NCBI GenBank assembly: GCA_963578725.1
Contig: CAUZDS010000008.1
Location: 6,409-70,408, forward strand
Direction: 5' to 3'
DNA length: 64,000 nucleotides
DNA from: Vicinamibacteria bacterium
GTDB taxonomy: Bacteria > Acidobacteriota > Vicinamibacteria > Vicinamibacterales > UBA8438
The notes beneath the pieces are model-generated. The model did no database searches, was not told the DNA's origin, and saw only the letters and a program-made list of their open reading frames with translations. Shown here piece after piece: positions 46,047-56,592 of the stretch. Position 1 is the stretch's first letter. Every line of letters starts with the position of its first letter. Position numbers and translations under genes: made by a program.

Positions 46047-48304
46047 CACGTCCGCGCCAGAACGCCATGTATCGGGAGCTGCTGATCGAGATCGGATGTG
46101 AGGAGTTGCCAGCGAGCTGGCTGCCGTCGCTGATCCGCCAGATTGGGGGACGGGTCGGCGTGGAGCTGGCGGCGGCGCGTCTCGATTGTCCGACGGCGCC
46201 CGAGTCCTATGGAACGCCGCGGCGCCTCGCCGTGTGGGTCGCCAGGGTGGCCAGCCGGCAGACCGACCTGGAGGAGACGCTGACCGGTCCACCCGTGACG
46301 GCGGCGTTCGATCCCGCCGGGCGGCCGACTCCGGCGGCGCTGGGCTTCGCGCGCAAGAACGGAGTGGAGGTGACCGGGCTCATGCAGGTCGAGACGCCGA
46401 AAGGGGTGTATCTGGCCCACCAGCGGCGGCAGCGCGGCGCGGCGGCGCGATCGGTGCTGGGCGGCGTGTTGGCCGCCACCCTCCGCGGGCTCGCGTTCCC
46501 CAAGCAGATGAGCTGGGACGCGCGGCTCGCCGACGGCCGCGGCGACCTGCCGTTTGGACGGCCGATCCGCTGGCTACTGTTTCTCTATGGGGGACGGGTG
46601 GTGCCGTTCGTCATCGACCGCTCGCCTGGGGCGGTGGGCCGCGGGGTTGCGCCGGTGCGGGCTGGGTCAGTGACCTACGGGCACCGGTTCTTTGCGAAGG
46701 TGGGTACGCCTGGTCGCGGGTTTCGCGTCGGCTCGTTCGCCGAGTATCGGAAGGGTCTCAAGAGGCACTATGTGCTGCTGGCCCGTGAGGAGCGGCGTAC
46801 ACGCATCGATCAGAAGCTCGAGAGGCACGCGAAGCGGGTGGGTGGCGTGGTTGGTGCCGCCGGTGGGGAGTCTACGATGCTCGACGAAGTGCCCGATCTG
46901 GTCGAGTATCCATCGGTCGTCACCGGTCACTTCCCGAAGGAATTTCTGGCGCTGCCGGATGAGGTGCTGAAGACGACCATGATTCATCATCAGCACTATT
47001 TTCCGGTCGTGACCAGGCGCGGCCGTCTGACCGAGTACTTTCTCGCGGTCACCAATATCCCGCGTGACAACGTGCGGGTCATTGCACGCAACTCCGCACG
47101 GGTGCTGATCGCCCGCCTGCGTGACGCCCGCTTCTTCTGGCAGGCGGACCGCAGCGCTCCACTGTCGTCCCGGCTCGATCGCCTCGACACGCTGCGGTTT
47201 CACGTGAAGGTGGGCAGCTACCTGGCCAAGGCGCGGCGCATCGAGCAGCTGGCCGGTCGCATCGCTCGTGAGGCCTTTGACGCCGAAGTGCAGGCGGGCT
47301 ACGCCGCGCGTGCGGCACTGCTAGCCAAGGCCGATCTCACAACCGACATGGTGGGCGAGTTCCCCGAGCTGCAGGGGATCATGGGCGGGATCTATGCGCG
47401 GGAGGACGGCGAGCCCGAGGAGGTGTGGCGGGCCATCTATCATCACTATCTACCGATCGGCGTGACCGCCGATGCGCCGCCGGGGTTGCGCGATCTGGGT
47501 AAGGCGGGGGCTAGCTGGGCGGCCGTCTCTCTGGCCGACAAGCTCGACACCCTGGTCGGCTTGTTCAGCGCGGGGGAGCGGTCGACCGGCTCCCGTGACC
47601 CGTTCGGACTGCGGCGACAGGCGCACGGTGTCTTCCGAATCCTCGTCGACCTTCCGGAGCTCACGGGGCTCGCGGCGAGACCCGACCTCGGAGGCCTCCT
47701 TAAGATGGCCGAGGCCCTGCAGGAGGGAGGGTCCGCTTCGGACCCGCTCGTCGACGTGGGCTTCTTCGTCGAGCGGCTCCGGTATGTGCTCGAGCAGCGT
47801 GGGCATGATATGCGCAACGTGCGTGCCGTGACCCACCAGGCGTCGCTGGCCGAAATGAAGCCCCTCGACGCCCGCCGCAAGCTCGAGGTGCTGCCGGAGT
47901 TCACCGGCTCTCCGGATTTCCTGCAGCTCGCCACCCTGTTCAAGCGCGTCCGTAACATCGCGCGTAAGTTGCCGGAAGTGGAGATAGCCGGAATCGAGAC
48001 CGGTGTCATTTCGGTCTCGTCGAGCGCCGAGGACCCTGCCGAGAGGCAGCTCAGAACGGAGCTTGAGCAACGCGGACCGAAGATCGACGCGGCCGTAACC
48101 AGTGGCGAGGGTTATCGCGCCGCGTTCGCTGAGGCGGCGCGGTTCGGCCCGGCGGTGGATCGGTTCTTCACCGACGTGCTCGTGATGGCCGAGGATCTCG
48201 CGTTGCGGCGCCGGCGCCTGGCGTTGATGAAGCGGCTCGAACGGTTGATCCTTCAACTGGCGGATGTGTCGGAAATCGTGAAGGAAGAGGACCGCCTGGA
48301 CTGA
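46043..48304 (+). CDS. glyS: glycine--tRNA ligase beta subunit
   Basis: 753 aa. It overlaps the glyQ stop (ATGA). [15 protein letters not shown]...HQHYFPV... matches the GlyS family. Confidence 0.95.
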   Translation: MTRPRQNAMYRELLIEIGCEELPASWLPSLIRQIGGRVGVELAAARLDCPTAPESYGTPRRLAVWVARVASRQTDLEETLTGPPVTAAFDPAGRPTPAALGFARKNGVEVTGLMQVETPKGVYLAHQRRQRGAAARSVLGGVLAATLRGLAFPKQMSWDARLADGRGDLPFGRPIRWLLFLYGGRVVPFVIDRSPGAVGRGVAPVRAGSVTYGHRFFAKVGTPGRGFRVGSFAEYRKGLKRHYVLLAREERRTRIDQKLERHAKRVGGVVGAAGGESTMLDEVPDLVEYPSVVTGHFPKEFLALPDEVLKTTMIHHQHYFPVVTRRGRLTEYFLAVTNIPRDNVRVIARNSARVLIARLRDARFFWQADRSAPLSSRLDRLDTLRFHVKVGSYLAKARRIEQLAGRIAREAFDAEVQAGYAARAALLAKADLTTDMVGEFPELQGIMGGIYAREDGEPEEVWRAIYHHYLPIGVTADAPPGLRDLGKAGASWAAVSLADKLDTLVGLFSAGERSTGSRDPFGLRRQAHGVFRILVDLPELTGLAARPDLGGLLKMAEALQEGGSASDPLVDVGFFVERLRYVLEQRGHDMRNVRAVTHQASLAEMKPLDARRKLEVLPEFTGSPDFLQLATLFKRVRNIARKLPEVEIAGIETGVISVSSSAEDPAERQLRTELEQRGPKIDAAVTSGEGYRAAFAEAARFGPAVDRFFTDVLVMAEDLALRRRRLALMKRLERLILQLADVSEIVKEEDRLD

Positions 48305-48358
48305 CGGTGTGGGCCCGATCGGGTGCCAGACGGCGCGGGCGGGAAGGCACGGGACGGC

Positions 48359-51262
48359 ATGGTGAAGCAGCGGAAGACAGCGAAGATAACGAAGCGCGGC
48401 GCGACCTCTCGCCCGACGAGACCGCGCAAGGTGGCGAAGTCGGCGTCAGGAACGAAGGGCGCGAAGTCCACGCGCAAGCAGGCAGCTTCGAGACGGTCAT
48501 TCCGGCGGAAGGTCGGTCCTACGTTTGTGTACTTCTTCGGTGCCGGCCAGGCGGATGGTGACCGTTCGATGAAGGATCTGCTGGGGGGCAAGGGCGCGGG
48601 GCTGGCCGAAATGACCAACGCCGGGCTGCCGGTGCCGCCGGGCTTCACCATCACGACCGAGGTGTGCAACCTCTACTACTCGAACAATTGCGCCGTGCCG
48701 GCAGCCGTGGACAGCGAGATGCTCGCGCGGCTCGGCCAACTGGAGAAGACCGCCAACGCCGCGTTCGGCTCGGTTGGTCGGCCGCTACTGGTGTCGGTCC
48801 GGTCGGGCGCGAAGTTCTCGATGCCAGGCATGATGGACACCATCCTCAACCTGGGGCTCAATGACGCCACGGTCGGCGCCTTGGGGCGCCAGACCGGGAA
48901 CAGCCGGTTCGCCTTCGACAGCTATCGCCGGTTCATCCAGATGTTCGGCAATGTCGTACTCGAGATCTCGAGGGACGCCTTCGAGGATGAGCTGGACATC
49001 GTTAAGCAGGAGTTCGGCGCGACCCTCGACACCGAGCTGGGCGAGGGGGCGTTGCGAGAGGTCGTGGTCAGGTACAAGGACTTGATCCGACTGAAGACCG
49101 GGCGAAGCTTTCCGGAGGATCCGCTGGAGCAGCTGTGGTTGGCGCGCGACGCCGTCTTCCGGTCGTGGAACAACCCTCGGGCGAGGGAGTACCGTCGGAT
49201 CTACCACATTCCAGATGACATCGGTACTGCGGTGAATGTGCAGCTCATGGTCTTCGGCAACATGGGCGGCCGTTCGGCCACCGGGGTTGGGTTCACCCGC
49301 AACCCGGCGACCGGAGCGAAGGAGTTCTACGGCGAGTTCCTGGTCAACGCCCAGGGGGAAGACGTTGTCGCCGGTATCCGCACGCCGCAACCGATTCGCG
49401 AGCTCGAACGGCTGATGCCGGCCGCCTACAGGCGGTTGCGGCGTATCACCAGCCGCCTGGAGCGCCACTACCAGGACGTGCAGGATTTCGAGTTCACGAT
49501 TCAGGACGAGCGGCTGTTCATGCTGCAGACTCGCAGCGGCAAGCGCACCGGGTACGCGGCGATCCGGATCGCCACCGACCTGGTCTCCGAGCGGATCGTC
49601 ACCGCGCGCGCGGCGCTCCGGCTGATCGACGCGGACGCTCTGTCTCAGCTACTGGCGCCCGTCTTTGACGCCGAGGCCTGGAGCCGGAGCCCGGTCGCGA
49701 CCCAGGGGTTGCCAGCCTCGCCGGGTGCGGCGTCTGGGCAGGTCGTGTTCACGGCCAGCGACGCTGTGCGGTGGACCGGCAGGGGCAAGCGGGTGGTGCT
49801 GGTGCGCAAGGAGACGGTGCCAGACGACATTCACGGCATGTACGTCGCCGAGGGAGTCCTGACGGCCACCGGCGGCATGACCTCGCATGCCGCGGTCGTG
49901 GGGCGACAGATGGGCAAGCCGTCCGTCGTTGGGGCCGGCGCCGCGGAGGTCGACGAGAGCGCCAGACAGCTCACGATCGGGGGGCACGTGCTCGGCGAGG
50001 GCGACTCGATCTCGTTTGATGGCCTGACCGGTGAGGTCAAGGTTGGGCAGGTGGCAAGTCAGCCCAGCGAGATCCTCCAGGTGGTGGCGGGGAACCTGGA
50101 CCCAAAGGACTCCGACATCTATCAGCGGTTCTCGCGTGTGATGAAGTGGGCGGACCAGGTTCGGCGGCTCGGGGTGCGCGCCAACGCCGACCAGCCCGAC
50201 CAGGCGGAGATCGCCTACGCCTTCGGCGCGCGAGGGATTGGGCTCTGCCGGACCGAGCACATGTTCTTCGGCAAACGTCGGATGCCGATCGTCCAGCGCA
50301 TGATCCTGGCCGAAACGGAGTTCGACCGCCGGAAGGCGCTGAAGGAGTTGCTGCCCTTGCAGCGCAGGGACTTCTACGGCGTCTTTAAGGCGATGCGGGG
50401 CGAACCGGTCACGATTCGCACACTCGATCCGCCGTTGCACGAATTCCTCCCGAAGCGCGAGACGCTGTTGGTCGATATTGCCCGGCTCGAGGCTACGGGC
50501 AGCCGGTCACCGGAGCTCGCCGACAAACGTAAGCTGCTCCATCGTGTCGAGCAGCTGCACGAGTTCAATCCGATGCTCGGGCACCGGGGTGTCCGTCTCG
50601 GGATCAGCTATCCCGAGATCACCGAGATGCAGACGCGCGCCATCATGGAGGCGGCAGCGCAACTGACCAAGGAAGGGATGTCGGTCGTCCCGGAAATCAT
50701 GATCCCCTTGGTCAGCGACGTCCGTGAGCTACACGACCAGAAGACGGTGGTCGACCGTGTGGCGAAGATGGTGATGGCCGAACAGGGGGTTACAGTCAAG
50801 TACCTGGTCGGGACGATGATCGAAGTGCCCCGGGCCGCAGCCACGGCGGACGCCATTGCGGAAGTGGCCGACTTCTTCTCCTTCGGCACCAACGATCTCA
50901 CCCAGATGGTTTTTGGGTTTTCCCGGGACGATTCCGTCAAGTTCCTCAAGCTGTATCAGGCCCGCAAGATCATCGAACGTGACCCGTTCTCTAGTCTCGA
51001 CATCGCCGGTGTCGGTGCCCTGATCAAGGTGGGGGTCGAGCTGGGACGTGCGACCAACGCCGACCTGAAGGTCGGGGTGTGCGGTGAGCACGGCGGCGAC
51101 CCGGCCTCGATCCGATTCTTCGACACGGTCGGTCTGGACTACGTCAGCGCCTCGCCTTACCGCGTGCCGGTGGCTCGGCTCGCCGCTGCTCAGGCGACCC
51201 TCGACGCGGAATCGACATCGTACCCCGCACCGCGGAGAAGGCGGCCGGCGCGGCATCGCTAG
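48359..51262 (+). CDS. ppdK: pyruvate, phosphate dikinase (with an unusual basic N-terminal extension)
   Basis: The PPDK core begins at FVYFFGAGQADGDRSMKDLLGGKGAGLAEM. The phospho-His region is GGMTSHAAVVGRQMGKP. The PEP-utilising C-domain is CRTEHMFF...GVCGEHGGDP. The ATG at 48359 adds 56 Lys/Arg-rich residues. An alternative GTG start lies at 48527. Confidence 0.95.
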   Translation: MVKQRKTAKITKRGATSRPTRPRKVAKSASGTKGAKSTRKQAASRRSFRRKVGPTFVYFFGAGQADGDRSMKDLLGGKGAGLAEMTNAGLPVPPGFTITTEVCNLYYSNNCAVPAAVDSEMLARLGQLEKTANAAFGSVGRPLLVSVRSGAKFSMPGMMDTILNLGLNDATVGALGRQTGNSRFAFDSYRRFIQMFGNVVLEISRDAFEDELDIVKQEFGATLDTELGEGALREVVVRYKDLIRLKTGRSFPEDPLEQLWLARDAVFRSWNNPRAREYRRIYHIPDDIGTAVNVQLMVFGNMGGRSATGVGFTRNPATGAKEFYGEFLVNAQGEDVVAGIRTPQPIRELERLMPAAYRRLRRITSRLERHYQDVQDFEFTIQDERLFMLQTRSGKRTGYAAIRIATDLVSERIVTARAALRLIDADALSQLLAPVFDAEAWSRSPVATQGLPASPGAASGQVVFTASDAVRWTGRGKRVVLVRKETVPDDIHGMYVAEGVLTATGGMTSHAAVVGRQMGKPSVVGAGAAEVDESARQLTIGGHVLGEGDSISFDGLTGEVKVGQVASQPSEILQVVAGNLDPKDSDIYQRFSRVMKWADQVRRLGVRANADQPDQAEIAYAFGARGIGLCRTEHMFFGKRRMPIVQRMILAETEFDRRKALKELLPLQRRDFYGVFKAMRGEPVTIRTLDPPLHEFLPKRETLLVDIARLEATGSRSPELADKRKLLHRVEQLHEFNPMLGHRGVRLGISYPEITEMQTRAIMEAAAQLTKEGMSVVPEIMIPLVSDVRELHDQKTVVDRVAKMVMAEQGVTVKYLVGTMIEVPRAAATADAIAEVADFFSFGTNDLTQMVFGFSRDDSVKFLKLYQARKIIERDPFSSLDIAGVGALIKVGVELGRATNADLKVGVCGEHGGDPASIRFFDTVGLDYVSASPYRVPVARLAAAQATLDAESTSYPAPRRRRPARHR

Positions 51263-51328
51263 TGGTGTGCCTCACACATGTCTTGACCGTGTTGCCCGCG
51301 TGCGGCGCGGAGGGTGCCACGCCGTACC

Positions 51329-53161
51329 ATGGCTGAGCAACCGGTGACACGGGCGCCCCGGATCACGCGGCTGCCCACCGAGCTCGCAAACCAGATCGCG
51401 GCCGGTGAGGTCGTCGAACGCCCGGCGGCGGTCGTCAAGGAACTGGTCGAGAATGCACTCGATGCCGGGGCGAGCCGAATCGTCGTGACAGTGGAGCTGG
51501 GCGGCAAACGTCTCGTCCGGGTGGAGGATGACGGCGAGGGCATGACTCCGGAGGACGCCAGGCTCGCCCTCGAGCGTCACGCCACCAGCAAAATTCAGCG
51601 GCTCGAGGACCTCGCGGCCATCAGGACGCTCGGGTTCCGTGGCGAGGCGCTGCCCAGCATCGCGTCGGTCTCGCGGCTGCTGCTACGGACCCGGGCGCGG
51701 GGCGCGTCGCGTGGCACTGAGATCCGCGTCTCGGGCGGCGTGACCGATACCGCCCGCGAGGTGGGGGCGTCCGAGGGCACCACGCTGGAGGTGACCGACT
51801 TGTTCCACAATGTGCCGGCGCGCCGGAAATTCCTGAAGTCGGACGGTGCTGAGACGACCCAGGTGTCGCGGCTGGTCGCCCAGCAGGCGCTGGGCCATCC
51901 GGGTGTGGGTTTTACCCTGACCAGCGGCGTCCGCCGTCTGCTGAGATGCCCGCCGGCGGCCAGCCTGGCCGACCGGTTGTTCCAGCTCTATGGGACCCGC
52001 CACGATCTGGTCGAGGTGCAGAAAGCAGCAGCCGGTGTGCGGGTCACCGGATTTGTGGCCGCGCTGGCCGGTCCTGGACAGGGCCCTGTCCGCGGCCCGC
52101 AGAACGTCTTTGTGAACGGTCGTGCCGTCAAGGACCGGACGATCATGCATGCAGTCGCCCACGCGTACAGCACCGCCACGATCAAGGAGCGCAGCCCGGA
52201 AGTGCACTTGTTTCTCGAGCTGCCTCCTGATCGGGTCGACGTCAACGTGCACCCGACGAAGGCCGAAGTCCGATTTCTCGAGCCGTCGTTGATCCACGAG
52301 GTGCTGCGGCGCGCACTCAGCGAGGCGCTCGGGCAGGGACCAGCGCCAGCGTTCACGCTGGGGGCGGGCGGCGGTGTGGCGGCCCGGTCCTGGTCTGGCA
52401 GGCCGGGTCCGGCTCAGGACCCTGGCGGCCGGGATGGGGACGACGGATGGCAACCGGTGGCTGACACCCCTCCGGGTGACGCGCTGGCGGGTCGGGCCGT
52501 CGGCCCGCGAACCGGGCTGCCGCTACGTGACCTGGTCCGCGAGGTACGTCCGGTGGCGGTCGCCCCGGCACCGATGGTGATGGATCGGCCGCTGCGGCCA
52601 CTCGGACAGTTCCGGGACACGTTCATCATCGCGATCGACGACGACGGGATCGCCATCATCGACCAGCACGTTGCGCACGAACGGGTGCTATTCGAACAGG
52701 TAATGGAACGGCTCACGACCGGCGCGCTCGAGAGCCAGCGACTCCTGACCCCGATCCTCATCGAGTTGCCACCGGCAGAACGTCAGGCGCTCGCCGCCCA
52801 TGCGACGGCGCTGGAGCGGCTCGGGTTCGACGTCGCGGAGTTTGGCGGAGACACCGTGCGGATCGCGGCCGTGCCGGCGCTCGTAGCGCTGGCGGAATGC
52901 GAGGCCGCCGTGCGGGCCATGGCCCAGGATCTGGAGGGATTGGACCAGGGGAGCGCGATCGACGAGACGCTGCGGCGGATGGCAGCGACCACCGCCTGTC
53001 ACGCCGCCGTCAAGGCGAACGATCGGTTGACCCCAGAGAAAATGATCCACCTCCTCGACGAGCTGAGACGGACGGCGCATTCCTCCGTGTGCCCGCACGG
53101 GCGACCGGTCATCCTGCGGCTCTCGCGCCGCGAAATTGAGAAGCGGTTCGAACGGATCTGA
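51329..53161 (+). CDS. mutL: DNA mismatch repair endonuclease MutL
   Basis: ATG at 51329. The GHKL N-domain is IAAGEVVERPAAVVKELVENALDAG. The C-terminal endonuclease motif DQHVAHERVLFE and the CPHGRP motif are present. Confidence 0.95.
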   Translation: MAEQPVTRAPRITRLPTELANQIAAGEVVERPAAVVKELVENALDAGASRIVVTVELGGKRLVRVEDDGEGMTPEDARLALERHATSKIQRLEDLAAIRTLGFRGEALPSIASVSRLLLRTRARGASRGTEIRVSGGVTDTAREVGASEGTTLEVTDLFHNVPARRKFLKSDGAETTQVSRLVAQQALGHPGVGFTLTSGVRRLLRCPPAASLADRLFQLYGTRHDLVEVQKAAAGVRVTGFVAALAGPGQGPVRGPQNVFVNGRAVKDRTIMHAVAHAYSTATIKERSPEVHLFLELPPDRVDVNVHPTKAEVRFLEPSLIHEVLRRALSEALGQGPAPAFTLGAGGGVAARSWSGRPGPAQDPGGRDGDDGWQPVADTPPGDALAGRAVGPRTGLPLRDLVREVRPVAVAPAPMVMDRPLRPLGQFRDTFIIAIDDDGIAIIDQHVAHERVLFEQVMERLTTGALESQRLLTPILIELPPAERQALAAHATALERLGFDVAEFGGDTVRIAAVPALVALAECEAAVRAMAQDLEGLDQGSAIDETLRRMAATTACHAAVKANDRLTPEKMIHLLDELRRTAHSSVCPHGRPVILRLSRREIEKRFERI

Positions 53162-53214
53162 GACGCTCGGCGAGCGCGCACGGAGATGGGGGGCAGGAGA
53201 CGGACGACGGGACA

Positions 53215-53388
53215 CTAGTCGCCGGGGGTTCGTTTCACCAGCCAGTAGCCGATCAGGAAGGCCGCTACGCCGAACCCGAAGATGCGGGGGCTCGGACCGA
53301 GCGGGCCGGCGATCAGGATCGACTCGAGCAACGCCGCCATTCCCAAGAGCTGTAGCCCGCGACCGATGTAGTACGCCGTCCCTGGCAT
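53215..53388 (-). CDS. small hypothetical membrane protein (57 aa, below the ORF-track cutoff)
   Basis: MPGTAYYIGRGLQLLGMAALLESILIAGPLGPSPRIFGFGVAAFLIGYWLVKRTPGD. Two hydrophobic helices. GC3 is about 86%, which is gene-like. The ATG lies 4 nt downstream of the rarA stop. Confidence 0.5.
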   Translation of the reverse strand: MPGTAYYIGRGLQLLGMAALLESILIAGPLGPSPRIFGFGVAAFLIGYWLVKRTPGD

Positions 53389-53392
53389 CGTC

Positions 53393-54835
53393 TCAGTCTT
53401 CGGTTCGCCGCGCGGGCCCGCGCGGCGATTTATCGGATGGGGTGACGACCGGTTCGCTCGGTGGCGAGGGGGCTGGTCTCCTCCGATGCGCCTTGATGCG
53501 TTGCCAGGCGGCCAGGCGGCGGGCGAGCGTCTTCTCGAAGCCGCGCGTAGTCGGTACGTAGTACTGCCGTCCCCGGAGTGACGGCGGCAGGCAGTCTATC
53601 GCTGCCACGGTCTCCGGTTCATCGTGCGCATAGCGATAGCCCTTGCCGTAGTCCAGCTGTCGCATCAGTCGGGTCGGTGCGTTCCGGAGATGGAGCGGCA
53701 CCGGTTCCGCGACGTCCCGGTGGGCGTCGGTTGCGGCCCGCCCGTAGGCTGTGTAGACGGCGTTGCTCTTCGGCGCCGACGCCAGATACAGGGCCGCTTG
53801 CGCGAGCGCCGTGTTGCCCTCCGGCATGCCGACGAAGTGCACCGCCTCCTTGGCGGCGACCGCCACGGTCAGCGCCTGTGGGTCGGCGTTCCCTATGTCC
53901 TCGGAGGCGAACCGGACGAGGCGGCGGGCGACATAGAGCGGATCTTCGCCGGCTTCGATCATGCGCGCCAGCCAGTAGATCGCCGCGTCCGGATCGCTGT
54001 TCCGCATCGACTTGTGGAGCGCGGAGATCAGGTTGAAGTGTTCCTCGCCGTCCTTGTCATAGACGAGCGCGCGTCGCTGCATTGTTTCGGCGGCCAGCGC
54101 CAGATCGAGTCGAGCTCGGCCAGGTTCGTCGGCCTCGGCCGTGCGGGCGACGGCGGCCGCTGTACCCAGCTCGAGCAGGTTCAGCGCGATACGGGCGTCG
54201 CCATTGGCGTGTCGGGCGATCGCCGCCAGCGCCTCCGGGTCGACCTGCAGATCCTGCTTGCCCAGGCCGCGAGTTCCGTCGGTCAGGGCACGTGTGAGGA
54301 TTGTGGCGATGTCCGCTTCTGCCAGCGGTTGCAGCACATACACCTGCGAGCGTGAGAGCAGTGCCGCGTTGACCTCGAACGAGGGATTCTCGGTGGTCGC
54401 CCCGATCAGCGCGATGTCTCCCGCTTCGACACTAGGCAGAAATGCGTCCTGCTGCGCCTTGTTGAACCGATGGATCTCATCGACGAACAGGATCGTCCGG
54501 CGGTCGCCGAGGCGCCGGCCATCTTCGGCGGCGGCCATCACCGCGCGAATCTCCTTGATGCCGGATAGTACCGCGCTGAAGGCGACGAAGCGCGACTTTG
54601 TCACGGAGGCGATCAGCCGGGCCAGTGTCGTCTTCCCGGTGCCGGGTGGGCCCCACAGGATGATCGACTGCAGCGTGTCACGCTCGATGGCGTGCCGCAG
54701 AGGTCGACCTCGGCCGAGCAGCGTGTCCTGACCGACCAGTTCGTCGAAGCCGGTGGGGCGCATCCGGTCGGCAAGCGGTGCGGTCGTAGCGGCGGCCTGA
54801 GCAGGTGGTTCGTCGAACAGCGAACCCGTGGTCAT
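53393..54835 (-). CDS. rarA: replication-associated recombination protein A (RarA/MgsA AAA+ ATPase)
   Basis: 480 aa. The Walker A is GPPGTGKTTLA. FVDEIHRFNKAQQDAFLP and the MgsA C-domain (YDKDGEEHFNLISALHKSMRNSD) are present. It has a Pro/Arg-rich C-terminal tail. Confidence 0.95.
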   Translation of the reverse strand: MTTGSLFDEPPAQAAATTAPLADRMRPTGFDELVGQDTLLGRGRPLRHAIERDTLQSIILWGPPGTGKTTLARLIASVTKSRFVAFSAVLSGIKEIRAVMAAAEDGRRLGDRRTILFVDEIHRFNKAQQDAFLPSVEAGDIALIGATTENPSFEVNAALLSRSQVYVLQPLAEADIATILTRALTDGTRGLGKQDLQVDPEALAAIARHANGDARIALNLLELGTAAAVARTAEADEPGRARLDLALAAETMQRRALVYDKDGEEHFNLISALHKSMRNSDPDAAIYWLARMIEAGEDPLYVARRLVRFASEDIGNADPQALTVAVAAKEAVHFVGMPEGNTALAQAALYLASAPKSNAVYTAYGRAATDAHRDVAEPVPLHLRNAPTRLMRQLDYGKGYRYAHDEPETVAAIDCLPPSLRGRQYYVPTTRGFEKTLARRLAAWQRIKAHRRRPAPSPPSEPVVTPSDKSPRGPARRTED

Positions 54836-55746
54836 GCGGACCGCCTCCGTCCGCGGCCGCCGGGGGCGGCCGTCTGCGTGGCGCCGGCACGTTGCCTAGC
54901 GGCCTCGTAGACGATCAGGGCTGCGGCCACGGCGATGTTGAGTGATTGAACCGGTGGGTGCATCGGAATCGAGACGACCGCGTCGGCGGCATTGACGACG
55001 CTGGCGTCGAGCCCGACACCTTCACCCCCGAGCCAGATCAGGCAAGGCTCTCTTAGGTCGGTGGCCGACACCGTGGTCCCGCCACGCGGCACGGCCGCGA
55101 GCACTCGCAGACCGCGCGTGGCCGCTTCGACCAACGCCTCGGCCGCGTCGCCTATCCGGACGATCGGCAGTCGAAATGCGCTACCCATCGAGCCACGGAG
55201 GGCTTTCCATCCGTACGGGTCGGCGCCGCCGACGGTAACGACGCCGGTCGCGCCGCCGGCCTCGACGGCCCGGATGACAGCACCGATGTTGCCGGGGTCC
55301 TGCACACCGAGGAGTCCGAGCACCAGCGGTCCTTCCGGAGGGGCCGCCGCGTCAAAACTGGTCGTATGTAGCGTGCCGAGCGCCACGAGACCAGCCGGTG
55401 TGGAGGCCGGGCTGAGCGCATCCATCACCGTCGGCGAGACACGCACCAGCCTAGTGGCGGCGGGGTCGAGGCGGTCGAGAAGGGCAGTCGACCGGCGCGC
55501 AACCGCCGCATCCGTGCTGACAGCCGCCAGCTCGATCTGGATACCGGCCGCCAGCGCCTCTTCGATTAGACGCGGGCCTTCGAGCAAGACCGTGGAGTTT
55601 GTCGGCGTGGAGGAACGGGCGATTCGCCGGAACCGCGCGACGATCGGATTACGCCGGCTGGTGATCTGTTCCACGCTGGTGTTCCGAGTCAGAAGTTCGC
55701 GGATAGGTTGTTCGGACCGCCGTACGCGGCCGGCCGGGCTCGACAC
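54832..55746 (-). CDS. TrmH/SpoU-family RNA 2'-O-methyltransferase
   Basis: 304 aa. The SpoU motifs LGVQDPGNIGAVIR, GGEGVGL and IPMHPPVQSLNIAVAAAL are present. Its stop overlaps the rarA start (ATGA). Confidence 0.85.
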   Translation of the reverse strand: MSSPAGRVRRSEQPIRELLTRNTSVEQITSRRNPIVARFRRIARSSTPTNSTVLLEGPRLIEEALAAGIQIELAAVSTDAAVARRSTALLDRLDPAATRLVRVSPTVMDALSPASTPAGLVALGTLHTTSFDAAAPPEGPLVLGLLGVQDPGNIGAVIRAVEAGGATGVVTVGGADPYGWKALRGSMGSAFRLPIVRIGDAAEALVEAATRGLRVLAAVPRGGTTVSATDLREPCLIWLGGEGVGLDASVVNAADAVVSIPMHPPVQSLNIAVAAALIVYEAARQRAGATQTAAPGGRGRRRSA

Positions 55747-55942
55747 GACGCTGGTCTGGACAATGCCCCGAGGCCATTACGGGAGATTTCCAGACGTAAC
55801 GCATGTCGCCCCTGAAAGATGTCCGCTTCCGGTCCCGTACCGGTGCGTGAGCCTCGCCGCCGGCAGTCAAGGGAGCATAGCAGATGTGCTAAGGTTGGCG
55901 GTCGGGTCCTGCCGCACGACGGGGGGCCGAAGACGGGGATGG

Positions 55943-56407
55943 ATGAAGGCGGAGCTGATCAAACGGTTCGAAGACGGAATCCGCGACCTCGAGCGGGAGT
56001 TGCACAGCGAGCTGCCGAAGGAGATCAAGCGCGCGCGCGAGCTCGGCGACCTGCGTGAGAACGCGGAATATCAGGCCGCCAAGGACCGCCAGGTCTTCGT
56101 TCAGGCGCGACTTGCGATGCTTCGTAAGCGTGTTACCGAGTTGTCACTGATCAATCTGGATCGAATCCCAGAAGATCGTGCCAGCTTCGGGTCCACCGTG
56201 CATCTTCGCGAGTCGAAAGGCCAGATGGTGGTCTACCAGTTGGTCATGCCCGAAGATGCGGATCCAAACAAGGGGTGGATCTCGACCGCCTCGCCCATCG
56301 GCCGCGGACTGATGGGCAAAGAGGAGGGGGAGGAGGTCTCCGTGCCGACCCCCAACGGCACGCGTGAATTCGAGCTCGTGAAGCTCATTACCATTCACGG
56401 CGAGTAG
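55943..56407 (+). CDS. greA: transcription elongation factor GreA
   Basis: The ATG at 55943 starts ARELGDLRENAEYQAAKDRQVFVQARL...FGSTVHL...ISTASPIGRGLMGKEEGEEV. Only the last 154 codons of the 471-aa track ORF are GreA-like. Confidence 0.9.
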   Translation: MKAELIKRFEDGIRDLERELHSELPKEIKRARELGDLRENAEYQAAKDRQVFVQARLAMLRKRVTELSLINLDRIPEDRASFGSTVHLRESKGQMVVYQLVMPEDADPNKGWISTASPIGRGLMGKEEGEEVSVPTPNGTREFELVKLITIHGE

Positions 56408-56592
56408 ACCGTCGCGTTGTGAGCTCCGAGCCTCAGTGGCGTGTGTCATGAGTGCGGTGGCATTTGGCCGACGATGCATCGCGCGCACCGCCCTTCTCGT
56501 CGGTCGAATAGTTCCGACATGCTCCCTTCTCGTACCTCCAGTGGACGGTGCGTGGCAGCGTACTCGCGCACCCTCGGTGCGTCACCGTACTC

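Noticed and set aside
54992-55942. The 5' two-thirds of the 471-aa ORF 54992-56407.
   Set aside because: It is antisense to the TrmH-family gene and low-complexity (S/P/A/R-rich). Only the last 154 codons, from ATG 55943, are GreA.
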